From positions 5,082 to 69,081 of the forward strand of contig JAJYDJ010000002.1 in assembly GCA_021777565.1 (NCBI GenBank): a stretch of 64,000 nucleotides of DNA, given 5' to 3'. Positions within the stretch are counted from its first letter, which is position 1; each line of letters begins with the position of its first letter. The stretch is from a bacterium. GTDB taxonomy: Bacteria; Patescibacteriota; Microgenomatia; Levybacterales; UBA12049. Shown here piece after piece: positions 1-10,000 of this stretch. Position numbers and translations under genes: made by a program. The notes under the pieces are model-generated. The model was not told the origin of the DNA. It did no database searches and was given only the letters and a program-made list of their open reading frames with translations.

Positions 1-150
1 CATATATTCAGTATACAACACCCGACTGGCGGAGTGTGCACCTGTTGTATTATACCAGATGGTGTATCAAAATATATCGTAATAATTCACCTTTGACGCG
101 AGAAGTTGCCATGTGATATAAATCACAGTACATCAAACCATATCGAACAA

Positions 151-179
151 TTGCAATTGATATGTTGTTGTTGTATAAT
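151..179 (+). promoter_or_regulatory. sigma70-type promoter upstream of structured leader and small ORF 1
   Basis: TTGCAA(151-156)-17 nt-TATAAT(174-179). Confidence 0.55.
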
Positions 180-388
180 CCACGACAGGATGAGGTTTAA
201 ACCTCCCTGTTCTCTACTCTCAGAAGCGAGGGATATGAGAAATGCACCTTTACATGGTATCGGTTGCTCGTTGAGAATACTTGCGCATGCGAGTAGAGAG
301 ATATATTGTATGTCTCACTATTCGTGTGTGCAGAGCGTTCCGAAAGGAGCAATTACTTTAAAATGGGGGCGGAAAGGAGGAAACAAGA

Positions 389-505
389 ATGCCAAGTGAT
401 ACCGACAAACAGCAAAACCGCTGGCTGTCTGGCCTAACATTGTGGTGCTTCATTAACAGTGGAGCGCTTGTCGGTGTAATCATCGCTCTGGTGATTCACC
501 ACTAG
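389..505 (+). CDS. 38-aa small membrane peptide (MPSDTDKQQNRWLSGLTLWCFINSGALVGVIIALVIHH)
   Basis: Strong SD AAAGGAGG 8 nt before ATG; one hydrophobic helix; below ORF-track cutoff. Confidence 0.6.
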   Translation: MPSDTDKQQNRWLSGLTLWCFINSGALVGVIIALVIHH

Positions 506-825
506 ACACAACAACGTAACATTCCCCTCTGCACACATTGCCCCATTTCCCATACATCCCTGAAACCAACAAAACAACCGATACCACTTTCCCTTTTTGC
601 TTGAGCAAAGTGTATAGTAGATACATTTTTCTCAGTCAAAAGACTGAAAACGAAAGTTTTTCCATAAGCGGAAGAATGTTTCAGGCACTTTTACAATTCA
701 GCGTGATGGATAACCCATACATGCCAATATGAAGATAATACCTTGTCTTTATATTGGTGTGTGTGGGAACCGACTTGAGAAAGGAGAAATGACAAAAATC
801 TAAGCGGGAGAAAGGGGTGAAAAAA

Positions 826-993
826 ATGGATGATGCTACTAAAGCAAAGAAAGAGCTGCTTGAAACACAGCTTGCCGATGCCAAAGCAGCTCGCCAGAAC
901 GCTCTCGACGCAGATCCAACTGCGGACGTCAGTGACTATGACGAGTTGATAGCTCTGCTACAAAGCAAGCTTGATGCGCTACCAAAGAACTAG
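826..993 (+). CDS. 55-aa acidic helical-hairpin peptide (MDDATKAKKELLETQLADAKAARQNALDADPTADVSDYDELIALLQSKLDALPKN)
   Basis: SD GAAAGGGGTGA before ATG; amphipathic/coiled-coil composition. Confidence 0.65.
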   Translation: MDDATKAKKELLETQLADAKAARQNALDADPTADVSDYDELIALLQSKLDALPKN

Positions 994-1269
994 GTAACTA
1001 GTTCCACTCATTATTGTCATTTCCCACACACAACCCCCGCTCCAATCACGCTGAATATACCCTTCTCTTTTGTCTAAGACAAGAAGAAACCACTTCTTTT
1101 TTTCTTAACCAAAAGAAACCTTTTACACACTGCGTAAAAGTGTGTTCTTGTACTTTTACATTGCGGAAGAAAAGCTCTTTTCCCGCTCCAGAGATATTTA
1201 AAAAAGTTTTTTTGTATCTCCGGAGTTTGCGGAAGAGAGAGAAATTAGAGACAGAAAGGAGGTGGTGCT

Positions 1270-1371
1270 GTGAATAACAGAACAGTGCGTCGAGTCTTCT
1301 CGATCCTCATTGCTGTTGCAGTCTTGGCCTGGGTAGTAATCCAGATCATCCAAGTCGTCAACCAACACTAA
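1270..1371 (+). CDS. 33-aa small membrane peptide (MNNRTVRRVFSILIAVAVLAWVVIQIIQVVNQH)
   Basis: SD GAAAGGAGGTG before GTG; basic N-terminus plus one TM helix. Confidence 0.6.
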   Translation: MNNRTVRRVFSILIAVAVLAWVVIQIIQVVNQH

Positions 1372-1471
1372 ACCCCGAAACACATCTCTTTTCTTCCGCA
1401 AATTCCCTTTTCTCCCAAAAAAAACAGCGAAGTTTCCTCCGCTGCTTTTTCTCCGTTACAAAAAACTGCTA

Positions 1472-1795
1472 TTATGCAGACTTTTGCTTCTGGAAACAGT
1501 CACGGCACAAAACCGGACGATCACCTTTTGGTTTAAAAGGCACTGTGTCTTGTTTGCCACATTGACTGCAGGTTATCGTGAATGATTCACGTGGGCGATC
1601 ATTAAAACCGCCTCGACTAAATCCACCACGATCATTCCCGAAAGATGCTTTTTTCTTAGCACGGCAATCTGGGCATCGTTTTGGTGGGTTAGTAAACCCT
1701 TTAGATGCATAAAAATCCTGCTCGTTGGCAGTCCAAACAAATGGTTTGCCACAATCTTCACAGGTAAGTTGCTTGTCTTGAAATTGTTGATTCAT
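1472..1795 (-). CDS. zinc-ribbon / CxxC-x17-CxxC domain protein
   Basis: DKQLTCEDCGKPFVWTANEQDFY..GFTNPPKRCPDCR and CSQCG..VPFKP..RPVLCRDC; RGG linker; SD GGAGGTGA. Confidence 0.9.
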   Translation of the reverse strand: MNQQFQDKQLTCEDCGKPFVWTANEQDFYASKGFTNPPKRCPDCRAKKKASFGNDRGGFSRGGFNDRPRESFTITCSQCGKQDTVPFKPKGDRPVLCRDCFQKQKSA

Positions 1796-1949
1796 GAAGT
1801 ATCACCTCCCTCTAGCTCCCGACTAAGTTTTCCTTTATGTATCTCTAGAAAGGTGACTTTGGAGACTCTACAAGGAGTATATCATAAGGGATCCCAAGAA
1901 GCAAATCTGTGCGCCTGGAAGGATATTTCCCCTCATCCCTCCTAAAATG

Positions 1950-2022
1950 TGCGCCTGGAGGGATTCGAACCCCCGACACCTTCGTTCGAAGCGAAGTACT
2001 CTATCCACTGAGCTACAGGCGC
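1950..2022 (-). tRNA. tRNA-Arg(TCG)
   Basis: Cloverleaf GCGCCTG..CAGGCGC; anticodon loop CT-TCG-AA; GGTTCGAATCC T arm. Confidence 0.93.
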
Positions 2023-2084
2023 ATGCGTGACCGTACCAGCCTGGGCACGATCGACTTTTTTGTGTCTAGAAACGCACACTTTTG

Positions 2085-2156
2085 TGGACCGAAAGGGATT
2101 CGAACCCTCAACCCCCTACATGCCATGCAGGTGCGCTACCATTGCGCCATCGGCCC
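2085..2156 (-). tRNA. tRNA-Ala(GGC)
   Basis: G3:U70 acceptor; anticodon loop AT-GGC-AT. Confidence 0.93.
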
Positions 2157-2165
2157 CTATTTTTG

Positions 2166-2238
2166 TGGACCAGAGGAGATTCGAACTCCCGACCTCTGCA
2201 ATGCGAATGCAACGCTCTACCAACTGAGCTACTGGCCC
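2166..2238 (-). tRNA. tRNA-Ala(CGC)
   Basis: G3:U70 acceptor; anticodon loop TT-CGC-AT. Confidence 0.93.
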
Positions 2239-2294
2239 CTACCCCTTTGGTCTCGTGCCCATTATACCATGCAGAAAGACAGATTAGAAAGCTA

Positions 2295-3434
2295 TTATCT
2301 CAAATATGAGAGTGGGTTTTGGGTCACATTGTTGCGCCTAATTTCAAAATGCAAATGTGGACCAGTTGAGTTACCTGTGTTCCCTGAGAGTCCGATCACG
2401 GTCTGACCTCCCGTTACCCTATCTCCTGGCCTGACATAGATTTGAGACATATGGGCATACAGACTACTCATCCCATCGCCATGGTCAATGACCACATCCA
2501 GTGCGTAGCCATAGTTCCATCCAGCCAAATTGACTGACTTCACCACACCATCCTTGGTCGCATGAATTGGCGTACCAACAGGAACGGCAATATCTAAGGC
2601 CATATGGTACCAGATAGGCATCTGACTGATCGTTCCATACAGTGGCCAGTTGTATCCACCACTTGGGACGACATTGGTTGGAGCCTGAATGACGAATACT
2701 TCTCGCTTCACGACCGCCTGCGCCTCAGGTTGAATACCATCTGGCACGACCAACATCTGTCCAACAACCAGTGAGAACGTTTCAGGGTTAGCAAAGTCGT
2801 TGAATGGGAAGTTGACGATCTTCTGAGCATCAGTGTTATATTTCTTTGCAATAGTATAGACCGTGTCACCAGCTTGTACTTTGTGTAAGATTCCCGAGAC
2901 CGGTAAGATTTTCAGTTGATCCCCAACTGTCACGGTGTCACCAGTGATATCATTTGCCCATTTAATGGTGTTGACAGAAATACCAAATTTATCTGCGATG
3001 GTTGAAAGCGTATCTCCATGTTCTACCGTGTAGGTGACGACACTGTCACGAGGTTTTGCTGAGGCCTGGGTAGTAAACACATTGGTATCTGAAATAACTG
3101 ACGTGGCAGCTTGTGCAGACGTTGGCTGCAAAAGAGATTTTTGCTGAGAAAAAACAGGGAATGTATCCGTAATAAATGGGGCCGCAATAACGCCAATACT
3201 AATGCCTGCTAGCGTAATCGTATGCAAAAGCGCGCGATTATACTTCCCTCGCTTCATCAAAAGCAGATGTACGATCTCGTCTTTACTAAACTCAAGAACT
3301 CTTAGTCCCCCTTTTGTTTTCTTTTGCAGATAGAAAAAGAAGAACTTTACAAACTCTCGAATATCCCGCATGCGCCTTTCAATCAGCTCACCGACAAGAC
3401 GTACCAGGGTAAAAATTGGTGGGAGTTGGTCCAT
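2295..3434 (-). CDS. LysM x2 + M23 peptidoglycan endopeptidase (start may be 3371)
   Basis: YTVEHGDTLSTIA and HKVQAGDTVYTIA LysM repeats; HxxxD (HMALD), YAH, GPHLHFE motifs. Confidence 0.9.
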   Translation of the reverse strand: MDQLPPIFTLVRLVGELIERRMRDIREFVKFFFFYLQKKTKGGLRVLEFSKDEIVHLLLMKRGKYNRALLHTITLAGISIGVIAAPFITDTFPVFSQQKSLLQPTSAQAATSVISDTNVFTTQASAKPRDSVVTYTVEHGDTLSTIADKFGISVNTIKWANDITGDTVTVGDQLKILPVSGILHKVQAGDTVYTIAKKYNTDAQKIVNFPFNDFANPETFSLVVGQMLVVPDGIQPEAQAVVKREVFVIQAPTNVVPSGGYNWPLYGTISQMPIWYHMALDIAVPVGTPIHATKDGVVKSVNLAGWNYGYALDVVIDHGDGMSSLYAHMSQIYVRPGDRVTGGQTVIGLSGNTGNSTGPHLHFEIRRNNVTQNPLSYLR

Positions 3435-3504
3435 ACCTTTGTTCCTCTATGCTAGCAAAAAGAAGGGTTGAGTGCAAACTAGGTCACATTAGCTTACTGC
3501 TATC

Positions 3505-4938
3505 CTATTTTCCAAGGTTTGCCAAGAGTGCTGCGTTGGTATCAAACTTCTCGAGTTGTTGGATAAACATCTCTGTTCTCTCATCATCAGGAAGCATAGA
3601 AAGCATACGATGCATCGTTGCCATACGGTTGAGAGTGTCTGCATCAAAGAATCTTCCTTCTTCACGAGTTCCTGATTTGTGAACATCAATAGCTGGGAAG
3701 ACGCGTCTTTCTGCCAATTGACGATTAAGATGCAGTTCCATGTTACCAGTTCCTTTGAATTCTTCATAAATCAGATCATCCATACGGGAGTTGGTATCCA
3801 CCAATGCAGTTGCGATGATGGTAAGACTGCCACCTTCCTGACAATTACGTGCGGCACCCAGGAATTTCTTAGATGGGAAGAGGGCTGCTGGATCAAATCC
3901 TCCAGAGAGTGTTCTCCCTGATGGTCCAACTGCCAAATTATACGCACGAGCAAGTCTGGTAATAGAATCCAAGAGAATAACGACGTCTTTGCCTTCCTCT
4001 ACCAAACGCTTTGCTCTCTCAAGAGCAATTTCTGCTACTTTGGTCTGGAATTCAGGAGCGGCATCAAAATTACTTGCAACGACTTCACCTTTGACAGACA
4101 TCGTGATATCAGTGACTTCTTCAGGGCGCTCCCCGATCAAAACCGCCATCAAATGTACTTCTGGAAAGTTGGTGGTGATGCCTGCTGCAATTTCTTTCAA
4201 CACTGTTGTCTTCCCTGCTTTTGGTGGTGAGACGATCATCCCGCGCTGGCCAAATCCAATTGGTGCCAACAGATCGATCATGCGGGTAGAAAGTGGCTGC
4301 TTGCCGGTTGTCAGCACAATTTGTCTGTTTGGATAAATTGGTGTTAACTCGTCAAAGTAAGGGCGCTGACCCATCTCGTCAGCCTGTTTGCCGTTAATTG
4401 TCTCTACTTTAAGAAGTCCAAAATAGCGTTCATTATCTTTTGGTGGACGAGCAATACCCCCGACCAAATCCCCTGCTCGCAGGTTAAATCGTCGTACTTG
4501 AGATTGGGATACGTATACATCTCGTGGTCCAGGAACGAATTTAGGACGCAAAAAGCCATGTCCTTCCTGCTGGAGCTCTAAAATGCCACTTACTGGCTCT
4601 GTTGGTCCGTCAGTGAGGTCATTACCGGTGCGAACTGGCTGGGGACGATAAAATCTTCCCTGACCTTGATTTTGTCCTTGTCCTTGGCCTTGTCCACGGT
4701 CACGATAGCCATAGCCACCACCACGAGGGGCATAGCCACGATTATTACTATAATGTGGTCTCTGATACCCACCCTGTTGAGGCTGCATATCGCCAAAATC
4801 GCTTTCCTGGGAGTAATTATTCCCTTGTGCTGGCTCTTGTGGCATAGATTCTGGTGCTTCAGGTGCCTGCTGTGGTGCCTGTTGAGGCTCCACTGGCTGA
4901 CCCACGAAATCATCAGCTGAAAAATGTTGATCATTCAT
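3505..4938 (-). CDS. rho: transcription termination factor Rho with low-complexity N-terminal extension
   Basis: GFLR, PPKAGKT Walker A, ERPEEVTD, DSITRLARAYN, EEFKGTGNMEL. Confidence 0.97.
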   Translation of the reverse strand: MNDQHFSADDFVGQPVEPQQAPQQAPEAPESMPQEPAQGNNYSQESDFGDMQPQQGGYQRPHYSNNRGYAPRGGGYGYRDRGQGQGQGQNQGQGRFYRPQPVRTGNDLTDGPTEPVSGILELQQEGHGFLRPKFVPGPRDVYVSQSQVRRFNLRAGDLVGGIARPPKDNERYFGLLKVETINGKQADEMGQRPYFDELTPIYPNRQIVLTTGKQPLSTRMIDLLAPIGFGQRGMIVSPPKAGKTTVLKEIAAGITTNFPEVHLMAVLIGERPEEVTDITMSVKGEVVASNFDAAPEFQTKVAEIALERAKRLVEEGKDVVILLDSITRLARAYNLAVGPSGRTLSGGFDPAALFPSKKFLGAARNCQEGGSLTIIATALVDTNSRMDDLIYEEFKGTGNMELHLNRQLAERRVFPAIDVHKSGTREEGRFFDADTLNRMATMHRMLSMLPDDERTEMFIQQLEKFDTNAALLANLGK

Positions 4939-5146
4939 AGAGGTTTACTTTTTATATTTGCATGTTCTGGAAACGAATGGATAAACGAATCGCGGAAGAA
5001 TCTGCGTAACTCTGAAGCTATTAAACCATAGTGGAGAGAGCCTGTCAATAGCGAGTTCTGTTGTCATAAATTTGACTTTTTCTCAGATTCTGGTACACTT
5101 TGACTACACCGAATTTTACATATCTGCCCATGATCTGCCCTATCAT

Positions 5147-5911
5147 ATGGAAATCCCATTACCAGAAGAACCACTCATATCGATTATTCTGCCAATAAAG
5201 AATAGCGCAGAAACGCTCTTCCCGTGTCTTCAGAGTCTCCTGTTCCAGAATTACCACCATATAGAAGTAATTGCCGTTGATGACTGCTCACGAGATAACT
5301 CACTTCAGATCCTTCGTGAGTTCCAAAAGACAGACTCGAGGGTCAGAATTATCAAAAATGTAAAGACCTATGGCCGTGCGATCAGTATCAACCGTGCGCT
5401 CAAGAAGGCACGAGGTAAACTCATTGTCTTTATGGAGCCTACCGATATGATTACCGCCCAAAAGCTGTCCAAGCAGGTTGCTGAGCTTAGAAAAGACAAG
5501 CATGTCGTGGCTGCCAACAGTCAGTGTATGACCATGAACCATCTGGGCAAGCGCGTGGGGAAAAGTCACTACCCACTCCTAGCATCAGAGGCAATGCACC
5601 TTCCCTATCGCCAAAATGTACTCTTCTCAGGCATCATGATCAATAGGTACCGTATTCCTAAAGATTTACTGGACTGTGAGGCTGACGAGCCAGCACTTTT
5701 TGCCGCACAACTTATCAGTAGACTGCTCACCTATGGCGAAATCGTCACTATCCCTGAATATTTGCACACCCACATGGCACAACATCTCACTGGGCATCTC
5801 ATGCACAAATTTACCAAGAGTATTCGTGTCTGGCTTGAGGCTAAAGTAAACCACCAACAGGCACCAAGTCTCACGGCTGTTTTTGCCAATGTCATGAGCC
5901 CAGCTCTCTAG
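5147..5911 (+). CDS. glycosyltransferase family 2 (divergent)
   Basis: ISIILP..N, IEVIAVDDCSRD, RALKKARGK; DxD motif appears degenerate (MEPTD). Confidence 0.75.
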   Translation: MEIPLPEEPLISIILPIKNSAETLFPCLQSLLFQNYHHIEVIAVDDCSRDNSLQILREFQKTDSRVRIIKNVKTYGRAISINRALKKARGKLIVFMEPTDMITAQKLSKQVAELRKDKHVVAANSQCMTMNHLGKRVGKSHYPLLASEAMHLPYRQNVLFSGIMINRYRIPKDLLDCEADEPALFAAQLISRLLTYGEIVTIPEYLHTHMAQHLTGHLMHKFTKSIRVWLEAKVNHQQAPSLTAVFANVMSPAL

Positions 5912-6080
5912 CCCACTTTTTCTCCTCAAGATATCCAAAAGTTATCCACATAAATTCTCTGGCGTTAAAAATGGCTTAAAACCAAGCTATTTTGATGAAG
6001 AAAAACTATAAGATATGTCAAAATTGAACACATTTTTGCTATAGGTTGACAGAGGGGGTTGCCTGTGATACGCTTTGAGT

Positions 6081-6239
6081 ATGGCACTTGTACAGAAGCT
6101 CTCTATGCTCTTTGGGAAAAAGCCTGTGAGGCGAAAAACCCTCCAGGAATATCAACAAGAAGTCCTTATACGGCAGGCTGAAAAGCAGTTTCGGCAGATG
6201 ATGCGACTAGGGAGCCGCATGCCGGTAACTCTTTTATAA
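6081..6239 (+). CDS. 52-aa basic small protein (MALVQKLSMLFGKKPVRRKTLQEYQQEV...), probably leaderless
   Basis: TTGACA(6046)-17-TACGCT with extended TG ending 6 nt before ATG; imperfect inverted repeat downstream (about 6246-6301). Confidence 0.55.
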   Translation: MALVQKLSMLFGKKPVRRKTLQEYQQEVLIRQAEKQFRQMMRLGSRMPVTLL

Positions 6240-6562
6240 AAAAATAAGAGCATCGCTTTCGTTACTCAAATTGTAGCTCGAATACGAAAAGCAATGCTCT
6301 TAGAAAAATGCAAATAGTCCTTAAAGGCAGGATAAAAACTAGTTGCTGTATTATTGATACACAAATAGCCCTAGTCCTGTCAAGCAAAAAAATGGGCTCA
6401 AAATGAGCACTTTGGATTGCTAAAAAGGCAAAAATCATCTTTCGTATTTTTTTAGAAAGTGGTTTGTTTTTTGTAGTGAGGTAGGAAAGTTGGGCAGGCT
6501 TTTCTATCTCATTAGAGACAACAAACCCTACTTTTCCCCTACTCTTTTTCTCTCAAGAAGTA

Positions 6563-7036
6563 CTACTGTGCAGATATGGTAGCTGTTGGCTCTGTTGTTG
6601 GTGTTGGTTTTACTTTTCCTTTTACTTCTGGTGTTGCGGTTGGACTCCCTACATTCACCGGTCCCACGGCAACGATTTTATTGGCTGTTGGGTCATACAG
6701 AATGGCCTCTTTGGCAGCGGTATACACGAGCAGCTTGTCACCATTTTTTGCATTCGCAAAGAATGGGTCACCTGAGAGCTTTTTCACGTCAGAGACCGTG
6801 GCAATAGTTGGTTGTTCTCCTTTAGGAAGCTCTATAAGCATGCCTACCTTCTGTACCAAGTCATTCGCCTCCTGTACCGCAGCTAAGGTTGGGTTTTGAA
6901 GAATCTTTTGCGTCTTTTGATACTGCATATAGAAGTATCCTGCCAGGATCAATGCCACAAGAAGAAGCAAGAGAAATCCACCAATCATGATGGTCATAAG
7001 CACTCGTGATCCTGATGATGATTCTTTTTCAGCCAT
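6563..7036 (-). CDS. single-pass membrane protein, hypothetical
   Basis: N-terminal TM; LPKGEQPTIATVSD..FFANAKNGDKLL domain; PTPT tail. Confidence 0.8.
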   Translation of the reverse strand: MAEKESSSGSRVLMTIMIGGFLLLLLVALILAGYFYMQYQKTQKILQNPTLAAVQEANDLVQKVGMLIELPKGEQPTIATVSDVKKLSGDPFFANAKNGDKLLVYTAAKEAILYDPTANKIVAVGPVNVGSPTATPEVKGKVKPTPTTEPTATISAQ

Positions 7037-7082
7037 ATTCCTATCTTAGGCAAGCTCTTCCTCTCTGTCAAGGAAATTACCC

Positions 7083-10000
7083 TCAATTTTCAACACTCAC
7101 TGCCGTCCATGAGAATGGTACTGGACTAGTGACTGTTTTATTGAGCTGTATGGTAAAGCCATGAGGGGAGATTTGGGTCAAGGTATATCGTATGTCCCCC
7201 GAGACAATAGCTTGCGTGACGTCACTCCCTACCGATGCATCAAGGGCGATATTGGCGGTAATAACTGGTGTTGCCTGGTAGTCTTTGGAGAAGGTGATAC
7301 TCACATGATCACTTCCTGCTGGGATAGAGACCATACCTGCATGATCTCGGTTTACAAAAATATCTCCTAGCAAATGCGTATTGCCATGGATCACAGCATC
7401 GCCCATAAAGGTCGCGAGACTTGTGACAATGGAGTTCGTCGCAGTGAGTGTGTCAACAACCTGGAGCATCCCCTCTACGAGGGCATTTTGTTTCACTCGA
7501 AGACTTCCTGAAACCGTTGCAGTTCCACTGTCAGAAGAGAGCGTAAGCGCACCAGAATCACTGGCGCTGGTACTCAAGCCAAGCACTGCTGATTGGGTAG
7601 AAGTTCCAAAGAGTGATTCAAGAAGCGACAAGCGAGCAGACAGAGATGCCAACTGCTCATCAACGCCGTCAATGTGGTCAGCATGAATTTCAGCCGCGCG
7701 CAATACTCCAGAGAACGTTGCATCTGACTGCACGGCCAACTGATCTGTCAAAATGCGTGGGGTAATAATCTCAAGACCAGCAGTAAGCCTATCGGTAGTG
7801 AGCTCTGAGAGGGTTGCTGAGTTGGTAGCCACGGGATGGCTCATCAAGTAGCTCAGTGCTTGCTGACCAGCAGTCACAGGATTGGCATCAAGACCTGGGA
7901 TAGACTGTGCCAATGTTTGCCCAGTAGTAAAACTGTTTTTAACAAATGCTACCACGTAGCCTGGCATATCAGGATCAGTATAAGCAGTGAGCGCCTGACC
8001 TATGATACTGCCTGATTTAAGTGCTTTCATAGCAACTCCAGGGGTTGAGGATGGGGTAAGATAATCCCCTGGCAAAATCTCCCCATTTTCCATCGAAACC
8101 TTCACAGGGACACGACCACTCAAGGCTACAAGTACGGTTTTGGCTCCCTGGATATTGCCATCACCGATAATGAGTCCTGGTTGAGTTGAGACAATACCAA
8201 GCGTATTTCTATCATATGCCCCACTACTTCGCATAACCCCAGCTGACAAACTCGCATCAATTGAGACAATTTCTCCTGGCATCAAGGTCGTATCATTGGT
8301 GTTATACATTTCAGCAACGTCAGCTCCTGTTCCCATCAATGTTCTTACGCGTACATATCCTGCCCCACCATTACCACCTGCACCACCAGTGGTTGTTTCC
8401 CCAGCTCCACCACCGCCTCCTCCGCCACCACGAGCACCACCGTTGCCTCCGGCACCACCAGTCCCAGATGGATTAACGGCACCACCACCACCTCCATCTC
8501 CGCCACTGCCGACTCCATCCGCACCGACACCTCCTGGCCCTCCAGCACCACTTCCGGCTGATCCACCGCCTCCACCCGTACCAGGGACGTGCCCTCCGGC
8601 ACCACCAGATCGCTGGGTACAAGTAGTCACGGCACAAGAGGCACCAGCACCACCACCAGCACCACCTTGGATACTTCCTCCACCGTTTCCTCCGTTGCCG
8701 GCTCCGTTAGTCGATGATCCACCTCCGCCTCCACCACCATACGCACCACTGCCCCCTACACCAGGAGTTCCTGTCGTTGCGGTACGACCACCAGCGCCAC
8801 CAAAGCCTGAGTTATCAGTGCTTGCCGCAGCACCAAGCGGGCCACCGCCAGCACCACCAGTGTTGGTTGTAGAGTTAGCCCCAACAGCATTATTTCCTCC
8901 TCCACCTCCACCACCACCAAAGCTCGTTGTTGTGCCTCCTGCTGAACCTCCACCTCCACCAAAGGCTTCTTCATACATTGTCCCAGCACAGTTAGCACTG
9001 GTACTAAAACAGCTTGGCCCACCAGCACTGCCTGCCGTGCCGGCAGCTGAACTACCTCCATTTCCATGATTTCCTCCAGAACCCACCGTAACAGCGACTG
9101 TGCTTCCCAGAGATGAACCCGAGATCTGTGTCGTGGAGTATGCACCACCACCACCACCAGCACCACCAAGCTCGATAGTGGATGTGCTTCCTCCAGCGCC
9201 GCCACCACCACCGCCACCACCACCCCAAACCTCAACAATGACCATTAAGGCGTTGGCAGGTTTGGTCCACGTACCACTCGCGGTAAATGTTTGGGTATTA
9301 GTATCACCACATGCGCTCAAGGAGAGGGTGCCAGAGCCATTAGATTGCAAACATCCTGCGGCATCGGCAGTAGGAAGTGTCCAGGTGTAGCTCCCGGCTG
9401 TTGCGCCAGCCTGAAGAGTAACTGTGTTGGCATTGGCACTGTCATTAAAGACAATATTCCCTGTTGCGCTGCTTGCTGCCCCAAGACTTATTTTTCCCGA
9501 GCCAACCGCTATGCCAGTGTCCCATCCCGTACCAATTGAGATAGCGGTATTGCCACCGTTGGAAGTGGTAATGGATCCAATAGTAATGCCGTTCATCGTC
9601 CCACCACTCGTTGTTGTCGCAGGTGGAGTTATCAGAAGACCATTCACAGTGCCAGCACCCACTGCCGTTAGACTGATACCTACTCCCGTCTGTGTCCCTG
9701 AGGTGGTAATGGTGCCTGTGGTAAGGGAAACTCCTGTTGCATTAGCAGCAGTCGTATTGGCAAGTGTCCCTGAAATTCCTGTTGCGGCGATGGTTCCTAA
9801 GTTAATGTCTGTTCCAATCGTCCCAGCAAAGCTCAACCCGTTGGTGAGTGTTCCAGTAGTCTGGCTAATTTGGATGCCGTTGGTTGTTGTGCCGCCACTG
9901 CCATTTACGTTGACTAACAATCCATTGGTCATGGTATTACTGGTATGCGTCAGACTGAGGGCAAGAGCGGTATTGGTTCCACTGGCAGGAGCACTCGTAG

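Noticed and set aside
106-1401. ORF-track ORFs 106-399, 538-732, 681-884, 1014-1277, 1198-1401
   Set aside because: No SD or protein-like features; they overlap the better-supported short ORFs and their structured UTRs.
1909-2406. ORFs across the tRNA cluster
   Set aside because: Antisense translations of tRNA genes.
5942-5950. oriC
   Set aside because: Only one perfect DnaA box seen, and no dnaA/dnaN in the window.
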